Assembly (NCBI RefSeq): GCF_009914755.1
Contig: NC_060930.1
DNA from: the human T2T-CHM13v2.0 reference genome, Homo sapiens
Length of the DNA: 64,000 bases
Strand: one strand, 5' to 3'
The notes under the pieces were generated by a model. The model was not told the DNA's origin, made no database searches, and worked only from the letters and a program-made list of their open reading frames with translations. Position numbers and translations under genes: made by a program. Below, one piece after another: positions 1 to 13,776 of this stretch; the first letter of the stretch is position 1, and every line of letters starts with the position of its first letter.

Positions 1-304
1 GTGCATTTCTAAAATATTTTAGAAATCATGCATCTATACAACTGGGTTAAGCATTCAATAGAGAGAGGTCAAGGCCATCTTTTCAGTTTCTGACTTAAAT
101 AAGAGAAGCATTTGAAAAAGGATACTTTTCTCATGAGAACGAGATAAATGAGTTGAATTTGAAATACACTGAGTTTGAAAGTGCCAGAGTAGAAAAGGAA
201 TAAGTTGATTTGAAGTTCAAAAGAAAGGTCTAGACTGATGTCATTTGTCAGAATAACTGAAAAGGCATGGGTGGAGCTTAGACAATCCTGATGAACCTTG
301 AAGA

Positions 305-511
305 GCAGCACTGTTCAATAGAAATATAATATGAATCACGTATTATTTTATATTCTTCTAGTAGCCACATTTTAAAAAGTAAAATAAAATTGGTAAAATT
401 AACTTTAATGAATTAACCTGATATATTTTAAATATCATCTTAACATGTGGTATCAGCCACATTTCAAACACAACCACAGGTAGCTGCTGGCTGCTGTGCT
501 AGACAGTGCAG
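305..511. mobile_element. MER33-like hAT-Charlie DNA transposon fossil (internally deleted)
   Basis: Termini cagcactgttcaatagaaatataat ... gtgctagacagtgcag and internal 'tctagtagccacatttt' resemble MER33; sits within L2-like sequence. Confidence 0.7.
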
Positions 512-1032
512 GTGTAGAGAGAGAAGGGAGTGCTAAGAACAAAACCTGTGGGATCCCAACACTGAAAGAATGCGGGAGGATGCAGAAGACCCTCACATGG
601 AGGCCAAGAGACACCTATCTAGATCTCAGCTTGTCCACAGGCGGTGAGCAGCATCTTCACATCTATGTCTCGGGTGTTACTTTCTAGATGGGTGACACTT
701 GCAGGGTGAATTAGGAGATCTCTCATTCTGTCAGTGACGTAGACCTCCCTCCCCAAACCAGTTTCCATTGTAAGTATGGTCGTATTTGCCCTAGGTTACA
801 AATTAGCCAGAGCCCTTGTAATGTAAGGCTTGTGGGTATATTTACCAACCACATCTTAATCAAAATAGTGTAATGTGGTAGCATCCCTGTAACAATATTA
901 ACCATTTAGTAACATATTCTGTTGTCTCGGTTGGACCAAAACTTCAAATCTAGGAAGTGAAAATTTGAGAAAAGTATAAAACAACAATACCACTCCCTTG
1001 CTTAGTGCTTTGGGGTTTATTTGCAGTCATTT

Positions 1033-2567
1033 TTTAATTTTTTTTTTTATTTTCATAGGTTATTGGGGCAAAGGTGGTATTTGGTCACAAGAGTAAGTTC
1101 TTTAGTGGTGATCTGTGAGATTTTGGTGCACCCATTACCCAAGTAGTATACATTGCACACAGTTTATAGACTTTTATCCCTCACCCCCTTCCCATCCTTT
1201 TCCCCTGTGTCCCCAAGGTCCATTGTGTCATTCTTATGCATTTGCATCCTCATAGCTTAGCTCCTACTTATGAATGAGAACACACAATGTTTGGTTTTCC
1301 ATTCCTGAGTTACTTCACATAGAATAATAGTCTCCAATCTCATCTAGGTTGCTGTGAATGCCATTAATTCATTCCTTTTTTATGGATGAATAGTATTCCA
1401 TTGTAAATATATACCACAGTTTCTTTATCCACTCGTTGATTGATGGGCATTTGGGTTGGTTCCATGTTTTTGCAATTGGGAATTGTGCTGCTATAAACAT
1501 GCATGTGCAAGTATCTTTTTCGTATAATGACTTCTTTTCCTCTGGGTAGATACCCAGTAGTGGGATTGCTGGATCAAATGGTAGTTCTACTTTTAGCTCT
1601 TTAAGGAACTGCCACACTGTTTTCCAGAGTGGCTGTACTAGTTTACACTCCCACCAGTAGTGGGATTGCTGGATCAAATGGTAGTTCTACTTTTAGCTCT
1701 TTAAGGAACTGCCACACTGTTTTCCAGAGTGGCTGTACTAGTTTACACTCCCACCAGCAGTGTAGAAGTGTTCCCTGTTCACTGCATCCATCCCAACATC
1801 TATTATTTTTTAATTTTTTTGATTATGGCCATTCTTGCAGGAGTAAGGTGGCATTGCATTGTGGTTTTGATTTGCATTTCCCTGATCATTAGTGATGCTG
1901 AGCATTTTTTCATATGTTTGTTTGCCATTTGTATGTCTTTTTTTGAGAATTGTCTATTCATGTACTTAGCTCACTTTTTATTGGAATTGTTTGGTTTTTT
2001 CTTGCTAATTCATTTGAGTTCTTTGTAGATTCTGTATATTAGTCTTTTGTCAGATGTATAGATTGTGAGGATTTTCTCCCACTCTGTGGGTTGTCTATTT
2101 ACTCTGCTGACTGTTCCTTTTGCCGTGCAAAAGCTCTTTAGTTTAATTAAGTACCAGTTAGGCAATAGTCACCAAGCAGCATGGTACTGGTATAAAAATG
2201 GGCACATAGACCAATGGAACAGAATAGAGAACCCAGAAATAAATCTGAATACTTACAGCCAACTGATCTTCAAAAAAGCAAACAAAAGCATAAAGTGGGG
2301 AAAGGACTCCCTATTCAACAAATGATAATTGCCCAGCCACATGTAGTAGAATGAAACTGGATTCTTACCTCTCACCTTATGCAAAAATCAACTCAAGATG
2401 GATCAAGGACTTAAATCTAAGACCTGAAACTATAAAAAACCTAGAAGATAACATTGGAAAAACCCTTCTGACATTGACCTAAGCAAGGATTTCATGACCA
2501 AGAGCCCAAAAGCAAATGCAATAAAAACAAAGATAAATAGCTGAGACTTAATTAAACTAAAGAGCTA
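1033..2567 (-). mobile_element. L1PB-type LINE-1, 5'-truncated and 5'-inverted (twin-primed)
   Basis: Poly(T) at ~1033-1050; minus-strand 3'UTR and ORF2 C-terminus ([15 protein letters not shown]) to 2160; plus-strand ORF2 segment 2161-2566 ([19 protein letters not shown]); TSD ttgcagtcattt 1021-1032 / ttgcagccattt 2568-2579. Confidence 0.9.
1554..1753. repeat. Perfect 100-bp tandem duplication inside L1PB
   Basis: 1554-1653 identical to 1654-1753; ORF track shows [11 protein letters not shown] at both 1629 and 1729. Confidence 0.95.
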
Positions 2568-2816
2568 TTGCAGCCATTTACATCCAGTATCTCATTTGGG
2601 CCCAGAGCCAACCTGATGAGGACTCAAAGATTATTTCAAGGGAGGGAAAAGCACAGGTAATGAGGCTTTCTTCTTTTTGGTGTTTTTCTTTATTCCTTAC
2701 TCTTCTTGCTCTTCTCTACTTCTTTCATCTCATCTCTCCTATCTTTTTTCCTCCTTTCTCCTATTCTTTGTTCTCCTTATTCCTTTTCCATTAATTTTAC
2801 ATCTCCTGTATTTGAC

Positions 2817-2840
2817 GTGTGTGTGTGTGTGTGTGTGTGT
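2817..2840. repeat. (GT)n microsatellite
   Basis: Directly visible. Confidence 0.95.
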
Positions 2841-4133
2841 CACTTAGCTGATTCTAGCATGTTCTGGTAATGAATGTTTTCTATCTGTTATATTGTTGAA
2901 CACTGCCTTTGGTGCTGGGCTTTTATTTTACTTCGATTTAAGCAATATTTTAAATTCATAATTTCATTTAAGTTGCTAATTTGCAAAATTTATTTAGCGC
3001 CTGCTGTCAGTCTTTTTCTTAAATTAAGAACCATACAGTAAATTAGTTCATACTGGTAATTATATTTTCTAAAATTATTGAAGCAAATCAAACCCAGAAT
3101 GTCAAAGTATTTTCTCAAATGAAGCTAAGCCAAACCCATTATTTAAGTTTGTTGCTAATTCTAACTGCAAATAAACACTCAGTATAATAGATTTCTATAC
3201 TTTTTCTGGATCATGGATCAGGAGCCATGGACTATTATAGTCATAAAGAAACATCAAGAGCAACTTTTTCAAATATCTCATTTTATAGATATTCATGCTA
3301 AAGCTCAGAGGGGTGCCCTGATATGCTCAAGATCAGGCAACAAATGAGAAGTAGAGGCAGGTTTAGAAGAAAAACTTAAGAGAGAACTCAAACTTACTGC
3401 CCTACACTCTGTTCTAGGCAAGGCAGAGATTGAGGCCCCTCTTCTCCTTGGCTCTCTGACTTCTATTTTGTTTCCTGCTCTTTATATCTGACTGTCATTA
3501 GTGGGTGGTTCTCTATGTTCTCTCTCTCCCTCTCTCTCTCTCTCCTGCCCATTTCTCCTATCTCTCTCTGTCTGTCTGTCTGTATGTGTCTTCTTTCTCT
3601 TCTTCCTTTCTGTGTGTGATGTTTTATCTCTGTGTGTCTCTTTTATCTCTCTCTGTCCTCTCTATTTGAGTCCAGAATAAAGCAAAAGGAGTAAGTGGAA
3701 TGTTTCCCTATGAATCAGATGGCAGCAGAAAGGGATTTGTTTTTCACAAGACTTGAAAGTCCCACGTGAAGCTCTCCCGCTCTGCTCCGTGCCTGGACCG
3801 GCTGCTGCTGTCAGCAGGCCTTGTTTCTCACCAGCAGCAGGGGCAAGTGACAGTTGCTTTTTCTGCTTCGGGTTTGATTTTGTGGGCATTTTATCATTGG
3901 AGGGGTGAAATGTTATGAAGGAAGATGACAACAACAGTTTTTTGTCATATTGGCAAACAGGGTCATTACTGTACATTCGTAACCTTAGAGAAATGAGTTT
4001 TTACTGGACTATCAGAAACTACAGCACAGGATATAATGAATGTATCAGAGCTCAGAATTTGTTTTTAAATGAAATTACGTGGAAAAATGTACCAATCCTT
4101 AATGAATGTAATCACTGTGTTTTTCTTCCTGGC

Positions 4134-4204
4134 ATGTGTGTTTGTGTGCGTGCGCGTGTGTGTTTGTGCATGTGTGTGTGTGTGTGTGTGTGTTTGTGTG
4201 TGTG
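4134..4204. repeat. Imperfect (TG)n microsatellite
   Basis: Directly visible; produces the spurious CVCV ORFs. Confidence 0.9.
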
Positions 4205-4794
4205 ATCATGCATACACACAATCCAGTATCTTCCACCGGGTGTCCCCACGGCTTCTAGCCTTTGGGGTTACCCTCTTCTCTAATATTAAAGAGAAACTCA
4301 AGCCCTCATCCCACGGACTGTGAGAGATTGGGTGGCTTGTTTTCCTCCTTCTTCTCTCCAGTAGTCCCAAGGATTTTTAGGAGGTTATTTCATTTCTTCT
4401 GGCTCCCGCCCTGTGACTCCCTGTTCTGTTGGATTCTCAGTCCTTCCTTTGAGTCTTGTATCCAGCACATGACGTTCCCTTCCACGTGTGCCACATGCTG
4501 CCCTGGATTCTTTCATGTCCCAAAGTACTGCGAGTGCAAGGTCCTGCACGCCACAAAATTTCACTGGAGGTTTGGGGACAGGCCTGGCGAGTTAAGCACA
4601 TCACAGTGAAAGGAAATCAGATCAGAGTAAAATGAAATCTTAGACAGCAATGCCTTCACAATTCACCTGCATTTTCCTGGCAGGAGGAGTTTCTGGGTGA
4701 TTTTACTGTCATTGTTGCTGTTGGTTTTGCCTGCTATGCCTCCTTTAAGCCTCGCTGATTATTCCACACTCTCCCCATGCACTTTCTTTTTTTA

Positions 4795-4902
4795 TGTTAA
4801 TTAGCTTTATTTAATCATGCTACATTGTATGCATATTTCAAGACATTGTACCCCATAAATACATACAATTATAATTTGTTAATTAAAAACTTAAAAAGAA
4901 AT
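4795..4902 (+). mobile_element. L1MA 3'-terminal fragment
   Basis: 'tgttaattagct...tgtaccccataaatacatacaattataatttgttaattaaaaa' resembles L1MA 3' ends. Confidence 0.6.
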
Positions 4903-5916
4903 TTAAAATGTAGTGGCTGAAAAGAATAAACAGAAATCAAATAACCATGTTAGAGATTATTGTTAAACTCCATAAAAGTTATCAGTTTGAACTTTAAAAG
5001 AAAAAAAGCCAGTTGCTTTCATTACTAGTTTGAGCTTTGCTCTACCCAGCTGTAAAAATTCCTCCCTTTCTATAATAAATGTCCACTCACCCTCTCACTA
5101 GCTGCCAGATTCAAATCCCAAGCTGCTATTCTTTTCCATGTCAAGCACTTGAGCTATTCAACCCTTACCTCAGAGTAGAATCTAAGCCACCTTTGCAGAA
5201 CCAAAATTGAAGCTTTGCTAAATAAACAGTCTAAAACTCCCTGTCTAACCTTTCGCACCAAAAGAAACCTCTATGGAATTTTGAAATCATAGTTTCTTTA
5301 ACATGATCAAAATCTTAGGCAAGTTTCTTTAATCAGGGTTAGAGTAGAGCTATTCTCTCCACATACTGAATAAGACCTAGGGGAGGGAGGATTATTTTTC
5401 AGTTTGTGAAAATTATCACTGGTATTGCTTTCAATATGACTTCCTGTCCCCCTCTCTTCTTCAGGGACTCAAATAACAAAGTTTATTAGACCTTTCTTTC
5501 TGTTTCATGCATCTCCTACTATGTTTACTTTTCATTCTATTTTTTTTTCTCTGCATTTACCTGGGTATTTTGTACTGACACTTCATCCAGTTCTTTATTC
5601 CCCTATTCAGTGTGGATAACCAGCTCCCAAACCTATATATTAAATCCCTAATTTCAAAATATTATAGTGTTTTTCCATTCTAGAATTTCTATTTGATTCT
5701 TTCTGTATGTTCCAGTTCTTTGGAACTGGACGGAAACTCTTCACATTTTCCTCTTTTTGAACATATTTGTCATAATTAAAGCCCATATGTTATAATGATA
5801 CCTCATTCACCTGTTGATTACTCTGAATTATTTTTTTCTTGGGTTTCAGTCATTTGGTTTTGGCTTCTGGCATGACTTGTAATATTTGATTGATTCAGTG
5901 CCAGAAATCGTATATG

Positions 5917-8900
5917 GAGGGGGCTTCAAGATAGCTAACTGGAGGTATCTGGTACTTGCCTCCTCCACAAAGAAGAACCAAAATAGTGAGTAGATAATCA
6001 AACTTTGAATAGATTATCTAAGAAAGACACTGGAATTCAACAAAGAAGTGACAGGAAACACCTAAGGCAAAAAAGGAGAGAGAAGCAAGGCAGCCAGCTC
6101 AGCTGGGATTGGCCAGGAGCCCAGAGAGGCTCCCAGTGCAGGGAAAGGGTAAGTGAGAGACCCCCAGCTGACCACATTCCCACCATGGACTTCTGCAATC
6201 CTAGTGACTCAACCCCTGCAGGCTCTGAGACTAACATGGGGAGCTGCCTGGAAACTCTGTGACCGCATTGCTCGAGAGAAGCTCATGCTGGCTCCCACAC
6301 ACACCCTTATGTCTTAAGTGGCTACAACAAAGTGCCACTTTGAGAGCCCAGCCCCCAGCAGAATGCATCCTGTTCTGGGGACCCATGGCCCCACATCTTT
6401 ACATCCCTGAGGCCCATTGATATCCCCCATCCATAGCTGCCATCGCTGCTGGCTGCTGTTACCAGGGCCAAAGCACCAGCCCTTGGCAGCACTCTCACCA
6501 CCAGCAGCAGTGGGCTGTTGTGCATTTATAAGTGCCCTGAGGACAAGGTACCCTGCCTGCCACCACCACCAGGCTGAAGTGCACACTCCCCAGCTGCCTG
6601 CGTATGGCTGCTGCCACTGAAAAAGCAACCCTGCTCTCCTCAGTAGCAGGGCCGCAGTGCAGCCGCTGGTTCCCCAACCCAGGCATTTCACTGGGGGCCT
6701 GGGGATCACCCTGTCACTGCCTACCACAGCCAGTGCCTGCAGGCACCACTTGGGGAGCCTGAGGACAGACTCACTTAGCCTGGCTCCACCACCTCCAGTG
6801 CCTGAGCTCGCCATCTGGGTACCTGAGGATTCTCCTGCCCTGTGCACCATAGGCACCTGAGCATCTCTCCCAGGGACCTAAGGACAGGCTTACCCAACCT
6901 GCCACTACCACCACAGCTGGCACCCACCTACATGTGCTACCACCTGTGGGCCTGAGGACTGGCCCACCCAGCTCATTGCAGCCGCCACAGACCCCAGCAT
7001 GGACCACTTGGAAACCAGAGGATTGTCATGCTGCTACTACTGCCATTGCTCACACCACACCTGCCATCCAGGTGCCTGAGGACCCACCCACCTGCCCAGC
7101 CCACAGCTGGCACCGGAGAAAGCCACCTGGAGGCCCAAGAATATGCCTGCCTGGTCCTGCTAGCGCTAGTACCAGCATAGCCTACCCTGAGGCTGAAGGA
7201 TGGGTATTCTTGGCCCGTCACTGCCACCACTGGGGCCTGTGGACTGGCCTACCTGTCATCCTTATCTCAGCAAAACTTCACCATAGCTTCTAGTAATAAC
7301 TACCGTAAGCCACTGAGGAAATTACAGATACCACTGATGCTGTTTACAGCCAAATAAATCATAGAGAAACTATACTACTGCATATATCCAGAATCAAAGC
7401 CAAAGTGCACTACCAAACCAACATCATAGGTACATCTTGAGGAAAAAATCCTTCCTTAGCAAGAAAATTCAAACAACTGGAGAAGTGACTGTTGTGTCAG
7501 ATGTGCACATATCAATGTAAGGACACAAGAAACATAAAAAAGTGGGGAACTATGACACCTCAAAAGAAATACAATAATTTTCTAGCAACACATTCCAAAG
7601 AAAACAAAATTTATGAAATCCTGGGAAAAGAATTTAAAATAGTTATTTGAAAGGAATTCTGTGAGATGTGAAAGAAAACAGATAAATAATACATATAAAT
7701 CAGAAAAGCAATTCAGGATATGAATAAGATGTTTACCAAAGAGATAGATATTATAAAAAGCATCAAACAGAAATTCTGGAACTGAACAATTTATTGAATG
7801 AAATTTTAAAATATGTTTGAAAGCTTTAACAGTAGACTAGATCAAACAGAAGAAACAATTTCAAAATCGGGAGACAGGTCTTTTGAGATAACCCAGTCAG
7901 ACAAAAAAAAGGAAAAAGGATTAAAAAAATGAACAAGGACTTTCTGACATATAAGACACCATAAAGTGTCCAAATATTTGAAATTTTGGTGTACCAGAAG
8001 GTGAAGAAAAAAACAAACAAAAAAAGGGATAGAAAACTTATTTAGCCAAATAATAGCTGAAAACCTCCCAAGTTTAGAAAGATATTTAGACATACAGATG
8101 AAGGACATTTACTGATCCCCAAATAGAAAGTGTAAAACCTATGGGTAAAAATAAATAGAAGACTGAAATGTTACCACTACAGAAAGCCACCAAACAACAA
8201 TGCTAAACATTAACAGAGAAAAAAAAAGATATAGAAAACAAGCAGAAATCAATTAATAAAGTGACAGCAATAAGCCTTCACATATCAATGATAACCTTGA
8301 ATGTAAACTGATTAAACTTTTCACTTAAAAGTTATAGACTGACTGAATGGATAAAATACATAACCCAACTGTATGTTGCCTACAAGAAACTAATCTCACC
8401 TGTAAAGACACATATAGACTGCCAGTAAGTGATGGAAAAAAATATTCCATGCAAATGGAAACCAAAAACGGGCAGAAGTAGCTATACTTATATCAGATAA
8501 AATAAGCTTTAAATAAAAAACAGCAAAAAATGAAGGTTATTATATAATAATAAAGGGATCAATTCAACAAGAGGGGTAACAATTTTAAACATATGTGCAC
8601 CCACCAACAGAACACTCAGATATGTAAAGCAAGTATTAGTTTTAAAGGGAGAGTTAGAGTCCAGTACAATAATAGTTGAGGGTTTCAACACCCCAGTCTC
8701 AGCATTAGACAAATTGTATAGACAGAAAATCAACAGAGAAACATTGAATTTAAACTGCAGTTTAGACCAAAAGGACCTTTGGTATTTATAGAATATTTGA
8801 ACTGACAGCTGCAGAATACACATTCTTCTCATCAGCACATGGAACATTCTCCAGGATAGTTCATATGTTAAACCTCAAAACAAGTCTCAACAAATTTTTT

Positions 8901-10860
8901 AAAAATTGAAATCATGTCAAGTATTTTCTTAGGCCACAATGAAATCAAACTAGAAATCAGTAATGATGAACTAGAAATCAATAACAATGGAAACTCTTCA
9001 AACACATGGAAATTAAACAACATGTTCCTGAATGACCACTGGGTCATGGAAGAAGTTAAGGAGGAAATTAAAAAATATCTTGAAACAAATGAAAGTCAAA
9101 ATGCAACATACCAAAAGCTATGGGATACAGCAAAAGCACTGTTCAAAGGAAAGTTTGTAGTGATAAATGCCTGTGTCAAAAAAATAGATTTCAAGTAAAC
9201 AATCTAATGATGTATCTCAAGGAAATAGAAAGTCAAGAACAAGCCAAACCCCAAACTAGTAGAAGGAAAGAAATAATAAAGGCCAGAGCAGAACTAAATA
9301 AAATAGAGACAAAAAAAGGATCATCAAAACATTGTTTTAAAGATCAACAAAATCAATAAACCACTAGCTAGAGTAACCAAGGAAAAAAAAATGAAAAGAA
9401 AACCTCAAATAAAATCAGAAATGAAAATGGAGACATTACAACTGATAACCACCAAAATGCAAAAGATCATCAGAAACTATTATGAACAATTATACACTTA
9501 CAAACTGGAAAACCTAGAGGAAATAGAAAAATTCCTGGACACATACAGGCTACAAAAATTGAATCAGAAAGAAATACAAAACCTGAACAGACTGGTAATA
9601 AGATTAGATTGAAACAGTAAAAAAAAGTCTCCCAACAAAGCAAAGTTCTGCACCTGAGGCTTTACTGCCAAATTCTACAAAATTTACAAAGAAGAACTAA
9701 CACCAATTCTCAAACTATTCCAAAAAATCAAAGAGGAGAGAATTCTCATTAACTCATTCTAAGAAGCCAGCATTACGTTTATTCCAAAACCAGTCAAAGA
9801 TGGAACAAAAAAGAAAACTACAGACCGGATGAACATAGACACAAAAATCCCCAACAAAATACTAGCAAACCAAATTCAACTGCATATCAAAAAGATAATA
9901 TACCATATCAAGTGGGATTTATCCCGGGGATGAAAGGATGGTTCAACATATGCAAATCAATAAACATGATACATCAAATCAACAGAGTGAAGGACAAAAA
10001 CCATATGATCATCTCAATAGATGTAGAAGAAGCATTGGATAAAATTCAACAACTTTTTATGTTAAAAATTTCTGGGAAAGTAGGCATAGAAGGAACATAC
10101 CTTAAAATAATAAAGGCCATATATGACAAACACACAGCTAACATCATACTAAATGGGCAAAAGCTGGAAGCATTCCCCTTGAGAACAGGACAAGGATACC
10201 ACTCTCACCACTCCTATTCAACATGCTACTGAAAGTCGTAGCCAGATCGTCAGGCAAGAGAAAGAAATAAAAGACATCCAAATGGGAGAAGAAGCCAAAT
10301 CATCCCTCTTTCCAGATGACATGTATGTGTGTGGGTGTGTATGTATATCTATATATAATATAGATATATAAACATATATCATATATAATCTATATATAAC
10401 CATATATAATCGTACATATAATCATATATAATATATATAATCATATATAATACATATAATCATATATATAATCATATGTGATATATATATCATATATGAT
10501 CATATATGATATATATATGATCATATATGATATATATATCATATATGATCATATATGATATGTAATCATATATATAATCATATATATAATCATATATAAT
10601 ATATAATCATATATATAATCATATATAATATATAATCATATATAATCATACATAAAATCATATATATAAAATATATATAATCATATATATAATCATATAT
10701 AATCATATATATATAATCATATATATACTCATATATATATAATCTATATATATAATCATATATATACTCATATATAATCATATATATATAATCATATATA
10801 TATACTCATATATAATCATATATATAATCATATATATATATATAATCATATATATATATA

Positions 10861-10896
<36 letters not shown>

Positions 10897-12880
10897 CAAA
10901 GATTCCACCAAAAATCTCCTAGATCTGATAATAAATTCAGTAAAGTTGCAGGATACAAAATCAACATGCAAACATCAGCAGTGTTTCCATTCACCAATAA
11001 TAAACTAACTGAGAAAGAAATCAAGAAGGTAATCCATTTACAATAGCTACAAAAATAAATAAATAAAATCTAGAGATAAATTTAACCAAGGAGGTGAAAC
11101 ACCTCTACAAAGAAAACTACATAACACTGATTTAAAAAATTAAAGAGGACACAAACAAAGGTCACCCATGCTCATGGATTGGAATAAATAATATTGTTAA
11201 AATGACCTTATTACCCAAAGCAATCTACAAATTGAATGAAATCCCTATCAAAATACCAATGTCATTTTTCACAGAAAGAAAATATAATTATAAAATGTGT
11301 ATGGAACTGAAAAAGAGCCTGAATAGCCGAAGCAATCCTGAGCAAAAAGAACCAAGCTGGAGGCATCACACTACCTGACTTCAAAATAAACTACAAAGCT
11401 TTAGTAACCAGAACAGGATGGTATTGATATAAACACAGACTCATAGACCAGTGGAACAGAATAGAGAATGCAGAAATAAATCTATGTGTTTACAACCAGA
11501 TGATTTTTGACATAGGTGCCAACAACATACATAGGGGGAAAACACACTCCTCATCAAATTGTGCTGGGAAAACTGGATCCGTGTTCAGAAGAACGAAACT
11601 AGACCCTTATTTCTCACCATATATAAAAACCAATCCAGAATGAATTGAACACTTAAATGTAAGACCTGAAACTAAAAACTAGAAGAAAACAGAAGGGGCA
11701 ATGCTTCAGGAGATTGGTCTAGGAAACGATTTTATGGCTAAGACCTTAAAACCATAGGCAAAAAACCAAAAATAGACAAATTGGACTATATCAAACTAAA
11801 ACCTTCTACACAGCAAAGGACACAATTAACAGAATGAAGAGACAGCCTTAAAAATGAGAGAAAATATTTGCAAACTATTCATCTGACAAAGAACTAATAT
11901 TTAGAACATGCAAGAAACTCACAAGTCAACAGCAAAAAACCCTAATAATCCAATTTTAAAATGGGCAAAAAATCCAAATGAACATTCCTCAAAAAAGGAC
12001 AAACAAATGGCCAAGAAGTATATAAAAATGCTCAACGTCACTAAGTATTGGGGAAATGCAAATCAAAACCACAATAAAAATATCATCTTACTCCAGTGAA
12101 AAAGACCATTATCAAAATGTCAAAAAATAAATGCCGGTGAGCATGTGGGAATGTAAATTATTATAGCCAGTATGGAAAACAGTATGGAAATGACTCAAAA
12201 TTTTAAAAACAGAACTGCCATATGATATGGCAATTTTACTACTCGGTGTTTATCCAAAAAAAAGGAAATCAGTATATCAAAAAGATATCTGCACCCCATC
12301 TTTATTGCAGCACTACTCACAACAGCTATGAATCAGCCTAATTATTCCTCAGTATATGAATGCATTTTAAAAATGTAGTACATATACATGGAATACAGTG
12401 GAATACTATTCAGCCTTAAAAAAATTGAAATCATGTCATTTGCAGCAACATGGAGGACTAGGAGGTCATTATGTTAAGTGAAATAAGCCAGTCACAGAAA
12501 AATTAATAGTGCATGTTCTCCCTCCTATGTGGGAGCTTAAAAAATGTTGGTTTTATGGAGGTAAAGAGTAGAATTATAGATACCAGAGACTGGGAAGGAT
12601 GTGCAGGTAGTTGGGCAGGAATGAAGGGGTTGTTTAATGGGTCTGTACAATTACACAGGAAGAATACAGTGTAATGTTCAATAGCAGAGTAGGGTGACTA
12701 TAGTTAATAACGGTGTATTGTATATCTCAAAGGAGCTAGAAGGGAGCAGTTGAAATACTCTCAACTCATAGAAATGATGTATCTCTGAGGTGCTAGATAC
12801 TATAAATACCCTAGCTTGATCACAAGTGCCTGATAAATAGGTACACATATTATGTGTCAAGTTTTAAAAAGAAAATAAAT
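5917..12880 (+). mobile_element. Old near-full-length L1MA (L1MA3/4-like) LINE-1, degenerate
   Basis: 5' 'ggggcttcaagatagc', GC-rich 5'UTR to ~7330, ORF1 remnant ~7500-8130 with its 3' part deleted, ORF2 remnants from ~8261 ([25 protein letters not shown]), L1MA-type 3'UTR and A-tail; degenerate TSD aaatcgtatatg 5905-5916 / aaactgtgtatg 12881-12892. Confidence 0.9.
10324..10894. repeat. AT-rich minisatellite (ATCATATATATA-like units) inside L1MA ORF2
   Basis: Directly visible; follows gatgacatg and ends before cccaaagattccacc. Confidence 0.95.
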
Positions 12881-13408
12881 AAACTGTGTATGAAAAAATT
12901 TAATGACATTTTATTTCCCCAGTGATACATACTTTTGAGTGAAAAATAGAGTGAGGGCAGAAACTAAGTCAGATTCTTGGAGGCTGTGATTTAAGTTTTG
13001 TGAGGGTTTGTTGTATTTCCAATTTCTCTTACTCCTAGGGCCCAGCTCTGAAGAGGGCTGAACTGGCAGGTGTTTACCAGGTACTAAAATGTCTTAATTT
13101 CTGCTTAGATTTTTAGCCTTTTAACAGATGCTGTCTGCATGGTTTCTGGGCCTCTCTCCTAGGATGTGGAACTGAAAGACTGGCAAATGTCTCTAAGGGA
13201 AATTGCATTAGATGAAACATAAAAACTCTGAACAACTATGATCCTGAAAGAAGTTTTGATTTTGCAATGTTACATATTTTACACCTGTTTTTAAATAATT
13301 TTTAGTGTTTTTTAAAAAATTAAGAAATCACATTATGAATCCTTGTGAAAAAAATTATCTTTTTCTAAGTTTTTGTTTCCATTTTTTCTTTGAACATTTT
13401 GATTTTTA

Positions 13409-13776
<368 letters not shown>

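Noticed and set aside
3915-4609. ORFs of 84-115 aa
   Set aside because: Extended by (TG)n, no homology recognised, no exon structure
5711-5730. Small hairpin tccagttc/gaactgga
   Set aside because: An 8-bp stem is expected by chance in 64 kb
6005-7293. Cluster of overlapping 63-180 aa ORFs
   Set aside because: They lie in the GC-rich 5'UTR of the old L1MA; no recognisable protein
10590-11024. Ile/Tyr/Asp-rich ORFs
   Set aside because: Translation of the AT minisatellite
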